Assembly: GCA_050873805.1 (NCBI GenBank) | Contig: JBNMJN010000009.1 | Span: 1,871-65,870, forward strand | Direction: 5' to 3' | DNA from: Prevotellaceae bacterium | GTDB lineage: Bacteria; Bacteroidota; Bacteroidia; Bacteroidales; Bacteroidaceae | Length of the DNA: 64,000 nt | Shown: one piece after another, positions 47,218 to 57,514 of the stretch | Layout: each line of letters begins with the position of its first letter | How positions within the stretch are numbered: position 1 is the first letter of the stretch | Notes under the pieces: generated by a model | What the model saw: only the letters and a program-made list of their open reading frames with translations | Told to the model about the DNA's origin: nothing | The model's database searches: none | Position numbers and translations under genes: made by a program

Positions 47218-48568
47218 GCTTGCGCAGTCTTATGACCAGGTACCACATCATCCCGCAGGCCGTGAAGAAACTGATGGCGTCGCTCACGGGCATGCTCATC
47301 CACACCCCGTCCAGTCCCCACCAGCGGGGCAGCAGGGCCAGCATGGGCACCAGGAAGAGCAGTTGGCGTGTGACGCTCAGGAAGATGCTCTTGGCCGCAT
47401 GGCCTATGCTCTGGAAGAAGTTGCCCATCACCATCTGCGCTCCCACCAGCGGGAACATCGCCACGATGATGCGGTAGGCGCGCACAGCCTTTCCGGTCAG
47501 CTCCTCACCCGCCCCGAAGATGTGTATCACCTGTGTGGGCAGGAACTCGCCTATGAGTGTGGCCGAGAGCGTGACCAGCGTGGCCCAGGCTATGGTGAGC
47601 CGCAGCACGGCCCACACGCGCTGGTCTTTGCGCGCGCCCCAGTTGTAGCCCACGATGGGCTGCATGCCCTGCACCAGTCCCAGCACGATGGTCACAAAGA
47701 GGAACACCACGCGGTTCACAATGCCATAGGCCCCGATGGCCATGTCGCCGCCCATGTCCAGCAGGCGGCGGTTGATGATGAGCACCACCAGGCAAGCGCA
47801 GCAGTTCATCAGGAACGGGCTCATGCCTATGGCTATACACTGGCGCACGATGTCCATCCTGAGCCGGTAGATGCCATGGCGCAGGTGCAGCAGCTCGGTG
47901 GGGCGGCTGAACAGGCGAAGCTGTATGGCGAGGGCTATCACCTGCGACAGGATGGTGGCCCAGGCTGCTCCCTCGATGCCCCAGTGGAACACAAAGATGA
48001 AGAGGGGGTCCAGTACCACATTGGCCACGATGGCGATAAACGTGCAGTTCATGGCCAGCCGTGGGTGTCCCGCGCTGCGCAGGATGGCATTCAGCCCAAA
48101 GTAGCAGTGCGTCACCACATTGCCCAGCATGATGATGCGCATATAGTCGCGGGCATAGGGAAGGGTAGCCTCGCTGGCTCCGAAGAGGTACAGGATGCTG
48201 TCGAGAAACGGCCAGCACACGACGGTGAGTGCGATGCCCAGGATGATGTTGAGCGTGAGCGTGTTGCCCAGGATATTCTGTGCGGTCTCGTATTTGCCCT
48301 GTCCCAGGCGCACGCTGATGACGGTGCTTGCGCCCACGCCCACCATGGCTCCGAAGGCTGCGGCCAGGTTCATGAACGGGCTTGCCACGGCCATGCCGCT
48401 GATGCCTATGTCGCCCACGCCCTGGCCCACGAAGATGCTGTCCACGATGTTATATACCGACGAGGCCACCATCGCCACGATGGCGGGCAGGGCATAGCCG
48501 GCCAGCAGCCGCCCGATGGGCAGTTCGCCCAGCTCGGTGGGCACGTATTGCTTTACTTCCTGGCTCAT
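47192..48568 (-). CDS. MATE family efflux transporter
   Basis: 458 aa, 12-TM-like. N-terminus LPIGRLLAGYALPAIVAMVASSVYNIVDSIFVG is typical of the MATE family. Confidence 0.85.
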   Translation of the reverse strand: MSQEVKQYVPTELGELPIGRLLAGYALPAIVAMVASSVYNIVDSIFVGQGVGDIGISGMAVASPFMNLAAAFGAMVGVGASTVISVRLGQGKYETAQNILGNTLTLNIILGIALTVVCWPFLDSILYLFGASEATLPYARDYMRIIMLGNVVTHCYFGLNAILRSAGHPRLAMNCTFIAIVANVVLDPLFIFVFHWGIEGAAWATILSQVIALAIQLRLFSRPTELLHLRHGIYRLRMDIVRQCIAIGMSPFLMNCCACLVVLIINRRLLDMGGDMAIGAYGIVNRVVFLFVTIVLGLVQGMQPIVGYNWGARKDQRVWAVLRLTIAWATLVTLSATLIGEFLPTQVIHIFGAGEELTGKAVRAYRIIVAMFPLVGAQMVMGNFFQSIGHAAKSIFLSVTRQLLFLVPMLALLPRWWGLDGVWMSMPVSDAISFFTACGMMWYLVIRLRKHEEDRTHK

Positions 48569-49506
48569 TCTGTGAGTGTGAGAATCTTCAGGTGTGCGTC
48601 ATTGTTGTCATTGTGCAGGCTCATGCGAAGCCGTCCCTGCAGGTCGCGGAAGAGCATCTGGTGCCCGCCGCCCACATAGAACGGTTTCTCGTCATGCACC
48701 CAGGGGCCGGCCACATTGCCCGACGCGCTCACCGCGCGTCCCACGGCATACACCCCGTCCACGAATGAGCTCCAGTAGCAGGAGAGCTGTCCTGTGCGCT
48801 CGTCACGCCACAGGAAGGGTGCATCGACCACCAGCTTGCGGTCCTCCTGGCGGCTGTTCCACTTGGAGTCGGCGGCTGTGAACAGGCGTATGGGCTCGCC
48901 CAGCCGCCCCTTCAGGTTCTTGCGCAGGCGCACGGCCCACGTCTCGCCCACCTCGTTCTGCACCTGTGCGCCGTTCCACTCCAGGCTGTACACCAGCCAG
49001 GGCTGCCCGTCGCTGTCGATGAAGAGGCTCCCGTCCAGGCACTGCTGTCCCTCGGGCGTGAGGCTTATGGGCTTTCCCTCCACCCAGGTGTCGCGGTACT
49101 TGTCGGTGGGCTTGCGTCCTCCGCGCAGCAGCGTGCAGAAGTTCACGCGCCCCTCCTGCTGGTTGGTGAGTGTCACTATGGTGTAGTAGTGCCCCTTGTA
49201 GCAATAGGTGTCGGGAGCCCACCAGTGGTCCACGCTCGCCTTCACGGTCTTCATCCAGCGGTTTTCGCCCAGATACACATAGCCCACCTCGCGCCACATC
49301 TCCAGGTCGCGGCTCTCGTATGCCTTGAGTGCGACCGCGTCCTCGGACCGCCCTGCGGTGATGAGGTAGTAGAGTCCCTGTGCGCGGTCAACGGTGATAA
49401 ACGGGTCTCTCACGCGGATGCTCTCCTGCGGGATAGTGTATTCCTGTGCCATGGCACACAGGGTGGCAAGGGTCATTGCCAGGATGAGTGAAAGTGCTTT
49501 CTTCAT
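48565..49506 (-). CDS. Glycoside hydrolase family 43-like protein (secreted)
   Basis: True start ATG 49506 (MKKALSLILAMTLATLCAMAQ). VRDPFI, WAPD motifs. The upstream 338 aa of the 651-aa track ORF are a GC-driven extension. Confidence 0.75.
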   Translation of the reverse strand: MKKALSLILAMTLATLCAMAQEYTIPQESIRVRDPFITVDRAQGLYYLITAGRSEDAVALKAYESRDLEMWREVGYVYLGENRWMKTVKASVDHWWAPDTYCYKGHYYTIVTLTNQQEGRVNFCTLLRGGRKPTDKYRDTWVEGKPISLTPEGQQCLDGSLFIDSDGQPWLVYSLEWNGAQVQNEVGETWAVRLRKNLKGRLGEPIRLFTAADSKWNSRQEDRKLVVDAPFLWRDERTGQLSCYWSSFVDGVYAVGRAVSASGNVAGPWVHDEKPFYVGGGHQMLFRDLQGRLRMSLHNDNNDAHLKILTLTE

Positions 49507-49542
49507 AATGTGTTTACCTTGTGCTTGTTGAAAATCATGGTG

Positions 49543-49550
49543 CAAAGGTA
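49543..49550 (-). promoter_or_regulatory. Bacteroidota -7 box (TACCTTTG) upstream of the GH43 gene
   Basis: Plus-strand caaaggta equals TACCTTTG on the minus strand, 37-44 nt upstream of ATG 49506. Confidence 0.45.
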
Positions 49551-49812
49551 CGCATAAATGGTTGTATGCCGAAGTTTTCTTGGGCAGAAAGGCCAGGCTG
49601 GAAGCCAAAAAACGTCTGCCGTTGCCCCTTGTGCAATCCATCGGGCCCGCTTTTCGGGTGGAGTGTGGGGACGAGGGGCACCCCCTGGGAAAGAATGTGA
49701 AAAGTGGGGGAGAGTAGAGGAAAATCCACCTTTTGCAGATGCGGGCTAAACCCAAGGGCTGGAGTGGGGTCAGAGAAGCAGAGACAAGCAGAAAGAGTAC
49801 TAACCCAAAAAT

Positions 49813-50379
49813 ATGATAAGAATGATGAAGAAAATGCTGATGATGATGGTTCTCAGCCTGTTGGCAGTAGCGCCAGTGTGCGCGCAGGATGAGGATGCGG
49901 GCGAGAGCCGCGAGGCCAAGCGTGCCGAGATGATACAGAAGTCGGGCGAGCGCATGGCCAAGAACTTCGGGCTGGAGGGGGCTGCCAGGGACAGTTTCCT
50001 GGCTGTATATACCCAGTACCAGACCGAGATGTTTGCCACCAACGTGCCCCGTGCGCGCAAGTCGGAAGGGCAGGCCAAGGACGATGAGGGCAAGAAGGAA
50101 CTCACCGACGAGCAGGCCACCGAGCGCATTGAGGCCCAGTTTGAGCGCCAGGAGCAGCAGGCGCAGCAGATTCAGCAGCGTATGGCCATCCAAAGGCGCT
50201 ATTATGCCCGTTTCCAGCAGATGCTCACGCCCGCCCAGATACTCAAGACGATGTTCCCACAGCGTCCCCGCCCTCAGGGCAATGGCCAGCAGCAGAGTGG
50301 TGGCCAGCGTCGTGGCGGGGGTGACAGACCTGGTGGGTTTGGCGGTTTTGGCGGCTTCGGCGGTCCTGGCGGCTTCTGA
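49813..50379 (+). CDS. Secreted LTXXQ-motif (Spy/CpxP-like) protein with a Gly/Phe-rich tail
   Basis: Signal peptide MMVLSLLAVAPVCAQ. LTDEQ and LTPAQ motifs. C-terminus GGFGGFGGFGGPGGF. Confidence 0.5.
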   Translation: MIRMMKKMLMMMVLSLLAVAPVCAQDEDAGESREAKRAEMIQKSGERMAKNFGLEGAARDSFLAVYTQYQTEMFATNVPRARKSEGQAKDDEGKKELTDEQATERIEAQFERQEQQAQQIQQRMAIQRRYYARFQQMLTPAQILKTMFPQRPRPQGNGQQQSGGQRRGGGDRPGGFGGFGGFGGPGGF

Positions 50380-50455
50380 TGCCCCTTGCCACCCACAGGT
50401 ATGGCAAGCCCCCTCATGCCCTGCCGGGCGCGAGGGGGCTTGCTGTCTTGTAATC

Positions 50456-51079
50456 TCAACGGATAAAGTTCGTTCTTTGCTGAGGCTCCTTCCCGGGGCG
50501 CTTGGGTGCGGCGTCGGCATGCAGGCTCTTCAGCATCCAGGCCATGTTGCGTGCCAGCGTGCGCATGGTCTGCAGTCCCTCCTGGTCATGGGCGGTCTCG
50601 CCGGGGGCAGCCCCATAGGCTATGTTCCAGTACTGGCTGGTGACCTGCGGCATGTTCATCATCTGGAAGGCCATGTTCATCGTGGCAAATGAGGCCGATG
50701 CCCCACCACGGCGGCACACCGCCACGTTGGCGAATGGCTTGAACTCAAAGTGCTTGCCGTTGGCAAAGAGGGCACGCTGGATGACGGCCAGCAATGCGCC
50801 GTTGGGCTGCCCATAGTACACGGGAGAGCCAAACACAAAGCTATCGGCCCGCTCGGCGGCCTCGCACAGGCGGTTGCACACATCATCGTCAAAGGCGCAT
50901 CGCCCCTCTCCCGCCTTGCGGCAGCCGCCACAGGCGATGCAGCCCCGCACGGGTCGGTTGCCCAGTTGCAGTATCTCCGTGTCTATACCCTCGGCATTGA
51001 GCGTGCGTGCCGCCTCGCTCAGTGCAATGAATGTGTTGCCCTCCCGGACAGGGCTTCCGTTTACCAGTAATACTCTCAT
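50456..51079 (-). CDS. Flavodoxin-like fold NAD(P)H-dependent FMN reductase / iron-sulfur flavoprotein
   Basis: MRVLLVNGSPVREGNT, Cys cluster CIACGGCRKAGEGRC, FGSPVYYG. Confidence 0.8.
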   Translation of the reverse strand: MRVLLVNGSPVREGNTFIALSEAARTLNAEGIDTEILQLGNRPVRGCIACGGCRKAGEGRCAFDDDVCNRLCEAAERADSFVFGSPVYYGQPNGALLAVIQRALFANGKHFEFKPFANVAVCRRGGASASFATMNMAFQMMNMPQVTSQYWNIAYGAAPGETAHDQEGLQTMRTLARNMAWMLKSLHADAAPKRPGKEPQQRTNFIR

Positions 51080-51252
51080 CTTTCTCTTTCTTATAATTCT
51101 GGCAGATGTCCCGGGTGTGGGGTCTCTGCTCTCTGTCGGTTTCTATTTGTCTTGTGGTCAAGTCCGCCCTTCTTGCCGCGAGCGGTTCGTGCCGCTTCAT
51201 CCGCATCTTGGCATCCTCGTGTGGCGGTCTCTTCCCGCAGCCCCTTTTCCAC

Positions 51253-51353
51253 GCAGCGCGGTGCGATGGCCGATGCAGCGCGGTGCGATGGCTGATGCAG
51301 TGCGGTGCGATGGCCGATGCAGCGCGGTGCGATGGCCGATGCAGCGCGCTGCG
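51253..51353. repeat. 22-bp tandem repeat, ~4.6 copies (GCAGCGCGGTGCGATGGCCGAT)
   Basis: Copies at 51253-74, 51275-96 (1 mismatch), 51297-318 (1 mismatch) and 51319-40, plus a partial copy at 51341-53. Contiguous, with no spacers. Confidence 0.9.
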
Positions 51354-51415
51354 TTTTTCAGTGCGGTGCTCCTCTGTGGTGAGGGGTGGGTAGATGCCCA
51401 TCTTGAGCCTGGCCG

Positions 51416-51751
51416 TTATAGTCCTTGTGCGTGCATGTCATTGAACAGCCGTATGAGGGCACGTCCCATTGCCCATGCCAGGTTGACAGGCACCGCATTG
51501 CCTATCTGTTTGTACTGGGCCGATAGTGGGCCGGCAAACTCCCAGTTGTCGGGGAACGTCTGTATGCGTGCATATTCCCTTACAGTGAGCGGACGAGTTT
51601 CCGTCGGGTGGCATCGCTCGGTCTGTTTTTGTGCGGGAGCACAGGTGAGTGTGAGACTTGGCTCGTCCATTGATAGCCTTCTGGCCATGCCCGTCTTTCC
51701 ACCGCCCAGATTGTAGCTGCCTGCAAATGAGAGAACGGCTGGCCGTGGCAC
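51416..51751 (-). pseudogene. C-terminal remnant of a DNA (cytosine-5)-methyltransferase
   Basis: The 111 aa carry only the late motifs (RPLTVREYARIQTFPDNWEF; YKQIGNAVPVNLA). No room for motifs I-VIII remains: the upstream neighbour ends at 51806. Confidence 0.7.
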
Positions 51752-51805
51752 TTTTGCCAGAAATGTGTCTTTGCTGGCTGGTGTCGGGATGCGGTGCCTC
51801 CAGCT

Positions 51806-53077
51806 CTATTCTTCCACCTTCCCCGTGAATGCCATGGGGTACCATCGCATGGCAAGGATGGTGACCAGCCAGCCCAGTGGGGCCGTGAGTGTGTCCAGCA
51901 GGAAGAACAGACGATAGCCGCACCAGTTGGCGAGCCAGCCGCTCAGGGCTGCGGGGGGGATAAGGCAAGTGGCCACCAGGGGAATGTAGAGCAGGTTGAT
52001 GGTGTTGCGGTAGCGCGCCCCCGAGATGTACTGCACGGGCAGGCGGCAGGCATACAGCCCCAGGCCGAAGCAGAACTGTGCGAGGCAGGTGCAGGCACAC
52101 ACTGCCCACAGTGAGGTGGGCGGACTGAGCGTCATGTGCAGATAGGCCAGCGGCGACAGCCCCAGTGCGATGGCAAAGAACCAGAAGGAGCGGCGCAGGG
52201 AACTGCGCAGCAGCAGCCTGCGACCCAGCGTGAGCCCCAGGCAGAAGGCTATCACGCCCACCGTGCCCTGGGCAAAGCCTATCTCCTGTATGCTGCAGGC
52301 CAGTCCGCCTCGCGTGCGCGTATCATATAGATATATCACGCGCGTGAAGAACATCAGGCTCTGTGGCAGCAGCAGGGCAAACAGCGAGATGACGGGTGCC
52401 AGCCAGCCTGGCTTCTGGCGTATGCGGTCGATGATGTGTATCTCGGCCTTTACCGACCCGCTCACGGTGTGGCTTGCGCTGCGGTTGCCCACAATGGGGG
52501 AGCGCAGGGCCAGCAGGTGGTACAGGGCAAAGAGCGCGAAGCCGCCAGCCAGCAGGTAGCATCCCGTGGACCACGCGTGCAGGATGTGGCGATAATAGAC
52601 CTGCAGGCTGCCCACCACGATGATGAGCATGCCGTAGGTGAGCACCACGGCCATCTGCGAGAAGAATATCTTGGGAGTGGTGAACACACGCTGCAGGGGT
52701 GGCCTGAGCATGCGCTCGTAGTACATGCGGGCTGTGAGCTCGTGCCATGAGCACAGCAGGCTGGTGAGCATCAGCGAGGCGAAGAGTGCCCCCTGCCCGT
52801 AGGGGAAACTCAGTGCCACCAGCACCAGGGACAGGAAGATGAGCGCCTCTATCCAGTGGATGGTGTGGCGGAAGTGCCCCCGCCGCCTTATCCATGAGCG
52901 CACAAAGGACTTCAGTGTCCAGGGCAGGAAGAGCAACGCGGCATACAGGGTGGCCCAGGCGGGCGATGTCTCGCATTGCAGGAACATGAGCAGAGCCACA
53001 AAGGTCACCATGGCCGAGGGAATCTCCTCCGCTCCGAAGAGGGTGGGTACCCACATCCATGGTGACCTCGTGCTCAT
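51806..53077 (-). CDS. MFS permease, AmpG-like
   Basis: 423 aa, polytopic. N-terminus RSPWMWVPTLFGAEEIPSAMV resembles AmpG-family starts (recalled pattern). Confidence 0.55.
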   Translation of the reverse strand: MSTRSPWMWVPTLFGAEEIPSAMVTFVALLMFLQCETSPAWATLYAALLFLPWTLKSFVRSWIRRRGHFRHTIHWIEALIFLSLVLVALSFPYGQGALFASLMLTSLLCSWHELTARMYYERMLRPPLQRVFTTPKIFFSQMAVVLTYGMLIIVVGSLQVYYRHILHAWSTGCYLLAGGFALFALYHLLALRSPIVGNRSASHTVSGSVKAEIHIIDRIRQKPGWLAPVISLFALLLPQSLMFFTRVIYLYDTRTRGGLACSIQEIGFAQGTVGVIAFCLGLTLGRRLLLRSSLRRSFWFFAIALGLSPLAYLHMTLSPPTSLWAVCACTCLAQFCFGLGLYACRLPVQYISGARYRNTINLLYIPLVATCLIPPAALSGWLANWCGYRLFFLLDTLTAPLGWLVTILAMRWYPMAFTGKVEE

Positions 53078-53093
53078 GTCTTGCCAGGGAGGG

Positions 53094-54572
53094 TTAGTAA
53101 CTGCGGGCTATCAGCACGCGTGCCACGGCAGGCTTGCCTGTCACCATGTCCACGCCCGGTGTCTGCTCTATGCCGAATGGCACGCAGCGTATGGTGGCCT
53201 GCGTCTCCTCCTTGATGCGTGCCTCGGTCTCGGCAGTGCCGTCCCAGTGGCACAGGAAGAATCCGCCGTCCTTCACACGCTCCTTGAACTCCTCGTAGTT
53301 CTCGCACTCGTAGATGTGCGTGTCGCGGAACTTCTTGGCCTTCTCGAATATGTTCTGCTGGATGTCGTCGAGCAGCTGCTTCACATGCTCCACGATGCCC
53401 TCCACGGGGAGGTTCTCCTTCTCCAGCGTGTCGCGGCGCATCACTTCCACCACGCCCTTCTCCAGGTCTCTTGCGCCCAGCACGATGCGCACGGGTACTC
53501 CGCGCAGCTCGTAGTCGGCAAACTTGAATCCGGGGCGCTTGTTGTCGCTGTTGTCGTACTTCACGCTCACGCCCAGCTTGCGCAGTCCCTCGCTTATCTC
53601 CTCGGCCTTGCTGTCCAGGGCCTCGGTCTGGCCAGGCTTGCCGATGGGGATGATGACCACCTGTATGGGAGCCAGTGCGGGAGGCAGCACCAGGCCGTTG
53701 TCGTCAGAGTGTGTCATGATGAGCGCGCCCATCAGGCGTGTGCTCACACCCCAGCTGGTGGCCCAGGCATACTCGGGCTTGTTCTCCTTGTTGAGGAACT
53801 GCACGTCGAATGCCTTGCCGAAGTTTTGTCCCAGGAAGTGGCTGGTGCCGCTCTGCAGAGCCTTGCCGTCCTGCATCATGGCCTCGATGGTGTAGGTGTC
53901 CAGCGCGCCCGCAAAGCGCTCGGTCTCGCTCTTCACGCCCTGAATCACGGGCACGGCCATGTACTGCTCGGCAAAGTTGGCATATATCTTGAGCATCTGC
54001 TGCGCGCGCTTCTCGGCCTCCTCGCGTGTGGCGTGGGCAGTGTGCCCCTCCTGCCACAGGAACTCGCTGGTGCGCAGGAACAGGCGTGTGCGCATCTCCC
54101 AGCGCATCACGTTGCACCACTGGTTGACCAGCAGGGGGAGGTCACGGTAGGAATGTATCCAGTTCTTGAAGGTATTCCATATAATGGTCTCCGAGGTGGG
54201 GCGTATGATGAGCTCTTCCTCCAGCCGGGCCGCAGGGTCCACCACCACACCATCGTGTGTCTCGTTGGCCTTCAGGCGATAGTGTGTCACCACCGCACAT
54301 TCCTTGGCGAAGCCCTCCACATGCTCGGCCTCCTTGGAGAGGAAACTCTTGGGGATGAGCAGGGGGAAGTAGGCATTCTGCACGCCTGTCTGCTTGAACA
54401 TGTCGTCCAGCGTGCGCTGCATCTTCTCCCAGATGGCGTAGCCGTAGGGCTTGATGACCATGCAGCCGCGCACGTCGGCCTGCTCTGCCAGGTCGGCCTT
54501 CACCACCAGTTCGTTGTACCACTTGCTATAGTCCTCGCTCCTTTTGGTGAGGAATTCCAGTTCTTTTGCCAT
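53094..54572 (-). CDS. proS: Proline--tRNA ligase (archaeal/eukaryote-like type)
   Basis: Start ATG 54572 ([30 protein letters not shown]...). Class II motifs and a C-terminal Zn-like domain. ~492 aa. Confidence 0.95.
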   Translation of the reverse strand: MAKELEFLTKRSEDYSKWYNELVVKADLAEQADVRGCMVIKPYGYAIWEKMQRTLDDMFKQTGVQNAYFPLLIPKSFLSKEAEHVEGFAKECAVVTHYRLKANETHDGVVVDPAARLEEELIIRPTSETIIWNTFKNWIHSYRDLPLLVNQWCNVMRWEMRTRLFLRTSEFLWQEGHTAHATREEAEKRAQQMLKIYANFAEQYMAVPVIQGVKSETERFAGALDTYTIEAMMQDGKALQSGTSHFLGQNFGKAFDVQFLNKENKPEYAWATSWGVSTRLMGALIMTHSDDNGLVLPPALAPIQVVIIPIGKPGQTEALDSKAEEISEGLRKLGVSVKYDNSDNKRPGFKFADYELRGVPVRIVLGARDLEKGVVEVMRRDTLEKENLPVEGIVEHVKQLLDDIQQNIFEKAKKFRDTHIYECENYEEFKERVKDGGFFLCHWDGTAETEARIKEETQATIRCVPFGIEQTPGVDMVTGKPAVARVLIARSY

Positions 54573-54640
54573 TATGTTGTGTCTGTTATGTTGAATCTTA
54601 AAAGGGGGCATCCTGTAGGGATGTGCTCTCAAAACGTCTG

Positions 54641-54648
54641 CAAATTTA
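54641..54648 (-). promoter_or_regulatory. Bacteroidota -7 box (TAAATTTG) upstream of proS
   Basis: Plus-strand caaattta equals TAAATTTG on the minus strand, ~70 nt upstream of ATG 54572. Confidence 0.4.
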
Positions 54649-54691
54649 CTAAAAAAAGCCTAAAGGATGGAGCAGAGCCGCGAAAAATGGC

Positions 54692-54699
54692 TATCTTTG
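54692..54699 (+). promoter_or_regulatory. Bacteroidota -7 box (TATCTTTG) upstream of the OmpA-like gene
   Basis: TATCTTTG lies 49 nt upstream of ATG 54748. Confidence 0.45.
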
Positions 54700-54747
54700 C
54701 CCTGAATTAGAAACCTTAATATTGGATAATCTCAACAAATCAAAGCA

Positions 54748-55476
54748 ATGAAAGGTAAGAAGATTACTGTGATGGCACTGTGCATGGGCATGGTGCTTAC
54801 GGGCTGCGGCTCAATGTCCAACAAGGCCAAGGGTGGCCTGATAGGCACAGCTGCGGGCGGTGCTGCCGGCACTGGTCTGGGTGCTGCTATCGGTGCGCTG
54901 GTCAACGGTAAGAAGGGCGCCAAGATAGGTGCTGCCATAGGTGCGGGCGTAGGTGTGGCTGGAGGCGCCACCGCAGGTGCGCTCATCGGCAAGAAGATGG
55001 ACAAGGCTGCCGCTGCCGCTGCCGCCGTGGCCAATGCCGATGTGGAGAAGACCAAGGACGCCAATGGCCTGGACGCTGTGAAGGTGACCTTTGACAATGG
55101 CATCCTCTTCAATGTGGGCAAGTCCACCCTGCAGGCAGGGGCGCAGAAGTCCCTCAGCCAGTTTGCCGCCAATGTGCTGAACGTATATACCGACTGTGAC
55201 GTGGCCATCATGGGCTTCGCCAGCAGCGATGGCTCTGATGCCACCAACCTGACCCTGAGCCAGGCCCGTGCCAATGCCGTGAAGTCCTATCTGACAGGCA
55301 CCTGCGGCGTGAGCGGAAGCCAGATTAAGAGTGCCGTGGGCTATGGCGAGGATCCCCAGTACCTGGTGTACGATGCCAATGGCAAGGAAGACCGCAATGC
55401 CAGCCGCCGCGTGGAGGTGTACCTGTATGCCAGCGAGGCCATGATCAAGGCTGCCAACGCAGGTTCTCTGCAGTAA
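54748..55476 (+). CDS. OmpA-family lipoprotein with a glycine-zipper region
   Basis: Lipobox LTGC. Gly-zipper [15 protein letters not shown]...[13 protein letters not shown]. OmpA-like C-domain ([16 protein letters not shown]...RRVEV). Confidence 0.85.
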   Translation: MKGKKITVMALCMGMVLTGCGSMSNKAKGGLIGTAAGGAAGTGLGAAIGALVNGKKGAKIGAAIGAGVGVAGGATAGALIGKKMDKAAAAAAAVANADVEKTKDANGLDAVKVTFDNGILFNVGKSTLQAGAQKSLSQFAANVLNVYTDCDVAIMGFASSDGSDATNLTLSQARANAVKSYLTGTCGVSGSQIKSAVGYGEDPQYLVYDANGKEDRNASRRVEVYLYASEAMIKAANAGSLQ

Positions 55477-55483
55477 GCTTGCG

Positions 55484-56176
55484 ATGAGTCTGCTCAAGAG
55501 AATACAGAAGATAATGCGATGGATTGTGCTCCTGTTCTTCGGGAGCACAATCCTTGCTGTATTAGTCTATAAGTGGGTGCCGGTGTATGTGACCCCGCTC
55601 ATGATTATACGCTGTGCGCAGCAGGTGAGCCGTGGCGAGCGCATACGCCTCAAGCACCACTGGGTGCCGCTCGACTCAATGTCTATCTACATGCCCGTGG
55701 CTGTGATGGCCAGTGAGGACCAGCGCTTCCTGGACCACCATGGCTTTGACTTCAAGGAGATTGGCAATGCCCTGCAGGAGCGGGCAAGCGGCAAGCGTCA
55801 TCGCGGTGGCAGCACCATCAGCCAGCAGACGGCCAAGAACGTGTTTCTGTGGCCCCGGAGCTCATGGGTGCGCAAGGGTTTTGAGGCTTACTTCACCCTC
55901 CTTATAGAGACCGTGTGGGGCAAGGAGCGCATCATGGAGGTCTATCTCAACTCCATTGAGATGGGCGACGGCATCTATGGAGCCGAGGCCGTGGCGCAGC
56001 AGCACTTCTCCCGCACTGCCCTGGAGCTCACCCGCCCCAACTGCGCGCTCATAGCCGCCACTTTGCCCAATCCGCTCAAGTTCAGCAGCAAGTCGCCCTC
56101 GGCCTACATGCTTCGCCGCCAGACGGCAATCATGAGACAGATGAGGTACATCGATGTGTTTCCTCAAAAAGAATGA
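55484..56176 (+). CDS. mtgA: Monofunctional biosynthetic peptidoglycan transglycosylase
   Basis: GT51 motifs [33 protein letters not shown]...E. 230 aa with an N-terminal TMD. Confidence 0.9.
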   Translation: MSLLKRIQKIMRWIVLLFFGSTILAVLVYKWVPVYVTPLMIIRCAQQVSRGERIRLKHHWVPLDSMSIYMPVAVMASEDQRFLDHHGFDFKEIGNALQERASGKRHRGGSTISQQTAKNVFLWPRSSWVRKGFEAYFTLLIETVWGKERIMEVYLNSIEMGDGIYGAEAVAQQHFSRTALELTRPNCALIAATLPNPLKFSSKSPSAYMLRRQTAIMRQMRYIDVFPQKE

Positions 56177-56228
56177 GCGAAAATATCACTTTTTGTCATC
56201 TGTAGTTTGCAATTAGCCCAAAAACGAG

Positions 56229-56236
56229 TACCTTTG
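56229..56236 (+). promoter_or_regulatory. Bacteroidota -7 box (TACCTTTG) upstream of the AAA ATPase gene
   Basis: TACCTTTG lies 27 nt upstream of ATG 56263. Confidence 0.45.
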
Positions 56237-56262
56237 CACGTGCAAAATAATCCTTTTTGGGT

Positions 56263-57444
56263 ATGCTTGAGACCTTCTTTCACACACATCAGTTCCTGGT
56301 GGAGCACACCGACGCGCCGGTGCGCAGAAACCTGATGGGTGAGGTGGACTGGGACAATCGCCTGATAGGCATCAAGGGAAGCCGAGGGGTGGGCAAGACC
56401 ACCTTCCTGCTCCAGTACGCAAAGGAGAACTTCGGGTCGCGCAACCGCAAGTGCCTTTACGTCAACATGAACAACTTCTACTTTCAGGGACACACACTCT
56501 TCCAGTTTGCCTCGGAGTTTGCACACGAGGGAGGCCAGGTACTGCTCATCGACCAAGTGTTCAAGCATCGCGACTGGAGCCATGAGCTCAGGCTGATACA
56601 CGACAAGTTGCCACAGCTGAAGGTGGTGTTCACCGGCAGCAGCGTGATGAGGCTCAAGGAGGAGAACGTGGAACTCAACGGACTGGTGAGCAGCTACAAC
56701 CTGCGCGGCTTCTCCTTCCGTGAGTATCTCAATCTCATGACAGGCAGCACCTTCCGCTCCTACACCATGGGGGAGATAGAGAACAGGCATGAGCATATCG
56801 TGAGGAAGGTGCTCGACAAGGTCAATCCCATAGAGTACTTCCAGGGTTACCTGCATCACGGGTACTACCCCTTCTTCCTGGAGAACACCTATTTCAGCGA
56901 GAACCTGCTCAAGACCATCAACATGATGATAGAGGTTGACATCCTTTTCATCAAGCAGATTGACCTGAAGTATCTCGACAAGATCAAGCAACTATACTAC
57001 CTGCTTGCCACTGGCGGCTCGGGGATGCCCAACGTGAGCCAGCTTGCAGCCGACATGCACACCAGCCGCGCCACGGTGGTCAACTACATGAAGTACCTGA
57101 CCGACGCGCGCATGCTCAACATGATGTACCGCCTGGGCGACGAGTACCCCAGGAAACCGTCGGGCATCATGCTGCACAACACCAACCTGCTCTATGCCAT
57201 GGCCTACCATGGGCTGGACAGGCAGACTCTGATGGACACCTTCTTCCAGAATGCCCTGTGGGGCAGGCACCAGGTGAACCTGGGTGACCGCAGCTGCTCA
57301 TTTATCGTGGACGGGACACGCAAGTTCCGCATCTGCCTTGAGGCCCCGCACCGCAAGATGCCCGAGGTGACCTATGCGGTGGCCGACCCCCAGGCCGACC
57401 CCATCAAGGACATACCCCTGTGGCTCTATGGCTTCCTGTACTGA
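56263..57444 (+). CDS. AAA-family ATP-binding protein (AAA_14/DUF4143-like)
   Basis: Walker A GSRGVGKTT, Walker B-like VLLIDQV. The track start at 56257 is TTG; the ATG is at 56263. Confidence 0.7.
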   Translation: MLETFFHTHQFLVEHTDAPVRRNLMGEVDWDNRLIGIKGSRGVGKTTFLLQYAKENFGSRNRKCLYVNMNNFYFQGHTLFQFASEFAHEGGQVLLIDQVFKHRDWSHELRLIHDKLPQLKVVFTGSSVMRLKEENVELNGLVSSYNLRGFSFREYLNLMTGSTFRSYTMGEIENRHEHIVRKVLDKVNPIEYFQGYLHHGYYPFFLENTYFSENLLKTINMMIEVDILFIKQIDLKYLDKIKQLYYLLATGGSGMPNVSQLAADMHTSRATVVNYMKYLTDARMLNMMYRLGDEYPRKPSGIMLHNTNLLYAMAYHGLDRQTLMDTFFQNALWGRHQVNLGDRSCSFIVDGTRKFRICLEAPHRKMPEVTYAVADPQADPIKDIPLWLYGFLY

Positions 57445-57514
57445 CGGGGAGCCTGGGGACACTAATATGTATAAAGTATATAAGGACAAACGTTTTATAT
57501 AAAACACAATCAAA

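Noticed and set aside
47192-49506. Overlapping GH43-MATE-phosphoesterase genes (a 4-nt overlap and a 26-nt overlap) as a possible unusual functional module.
   Set aside because: Short start/stop overlaps are common in compact operons and the functions are ordinary housekeeping. There is no further signal.
49507-50520. N-terminal 338 aa of the 651-aa minus-strand ORF 48565-50520.
   Set aside because: It is Pro/Gly/Arg-rich nonsense that overlaps the plus-strand LTXXQ protein gene. A signal peptide and a TACCTTTG -7 box define the real GH43 start at 49506.
51253-51353. Possible CRISPR array.
   Set aside because: The repeats are contiguous 22-mers with no spacers and there are no cas genes nearby. 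This is a minisatellite, not a CRISPR.
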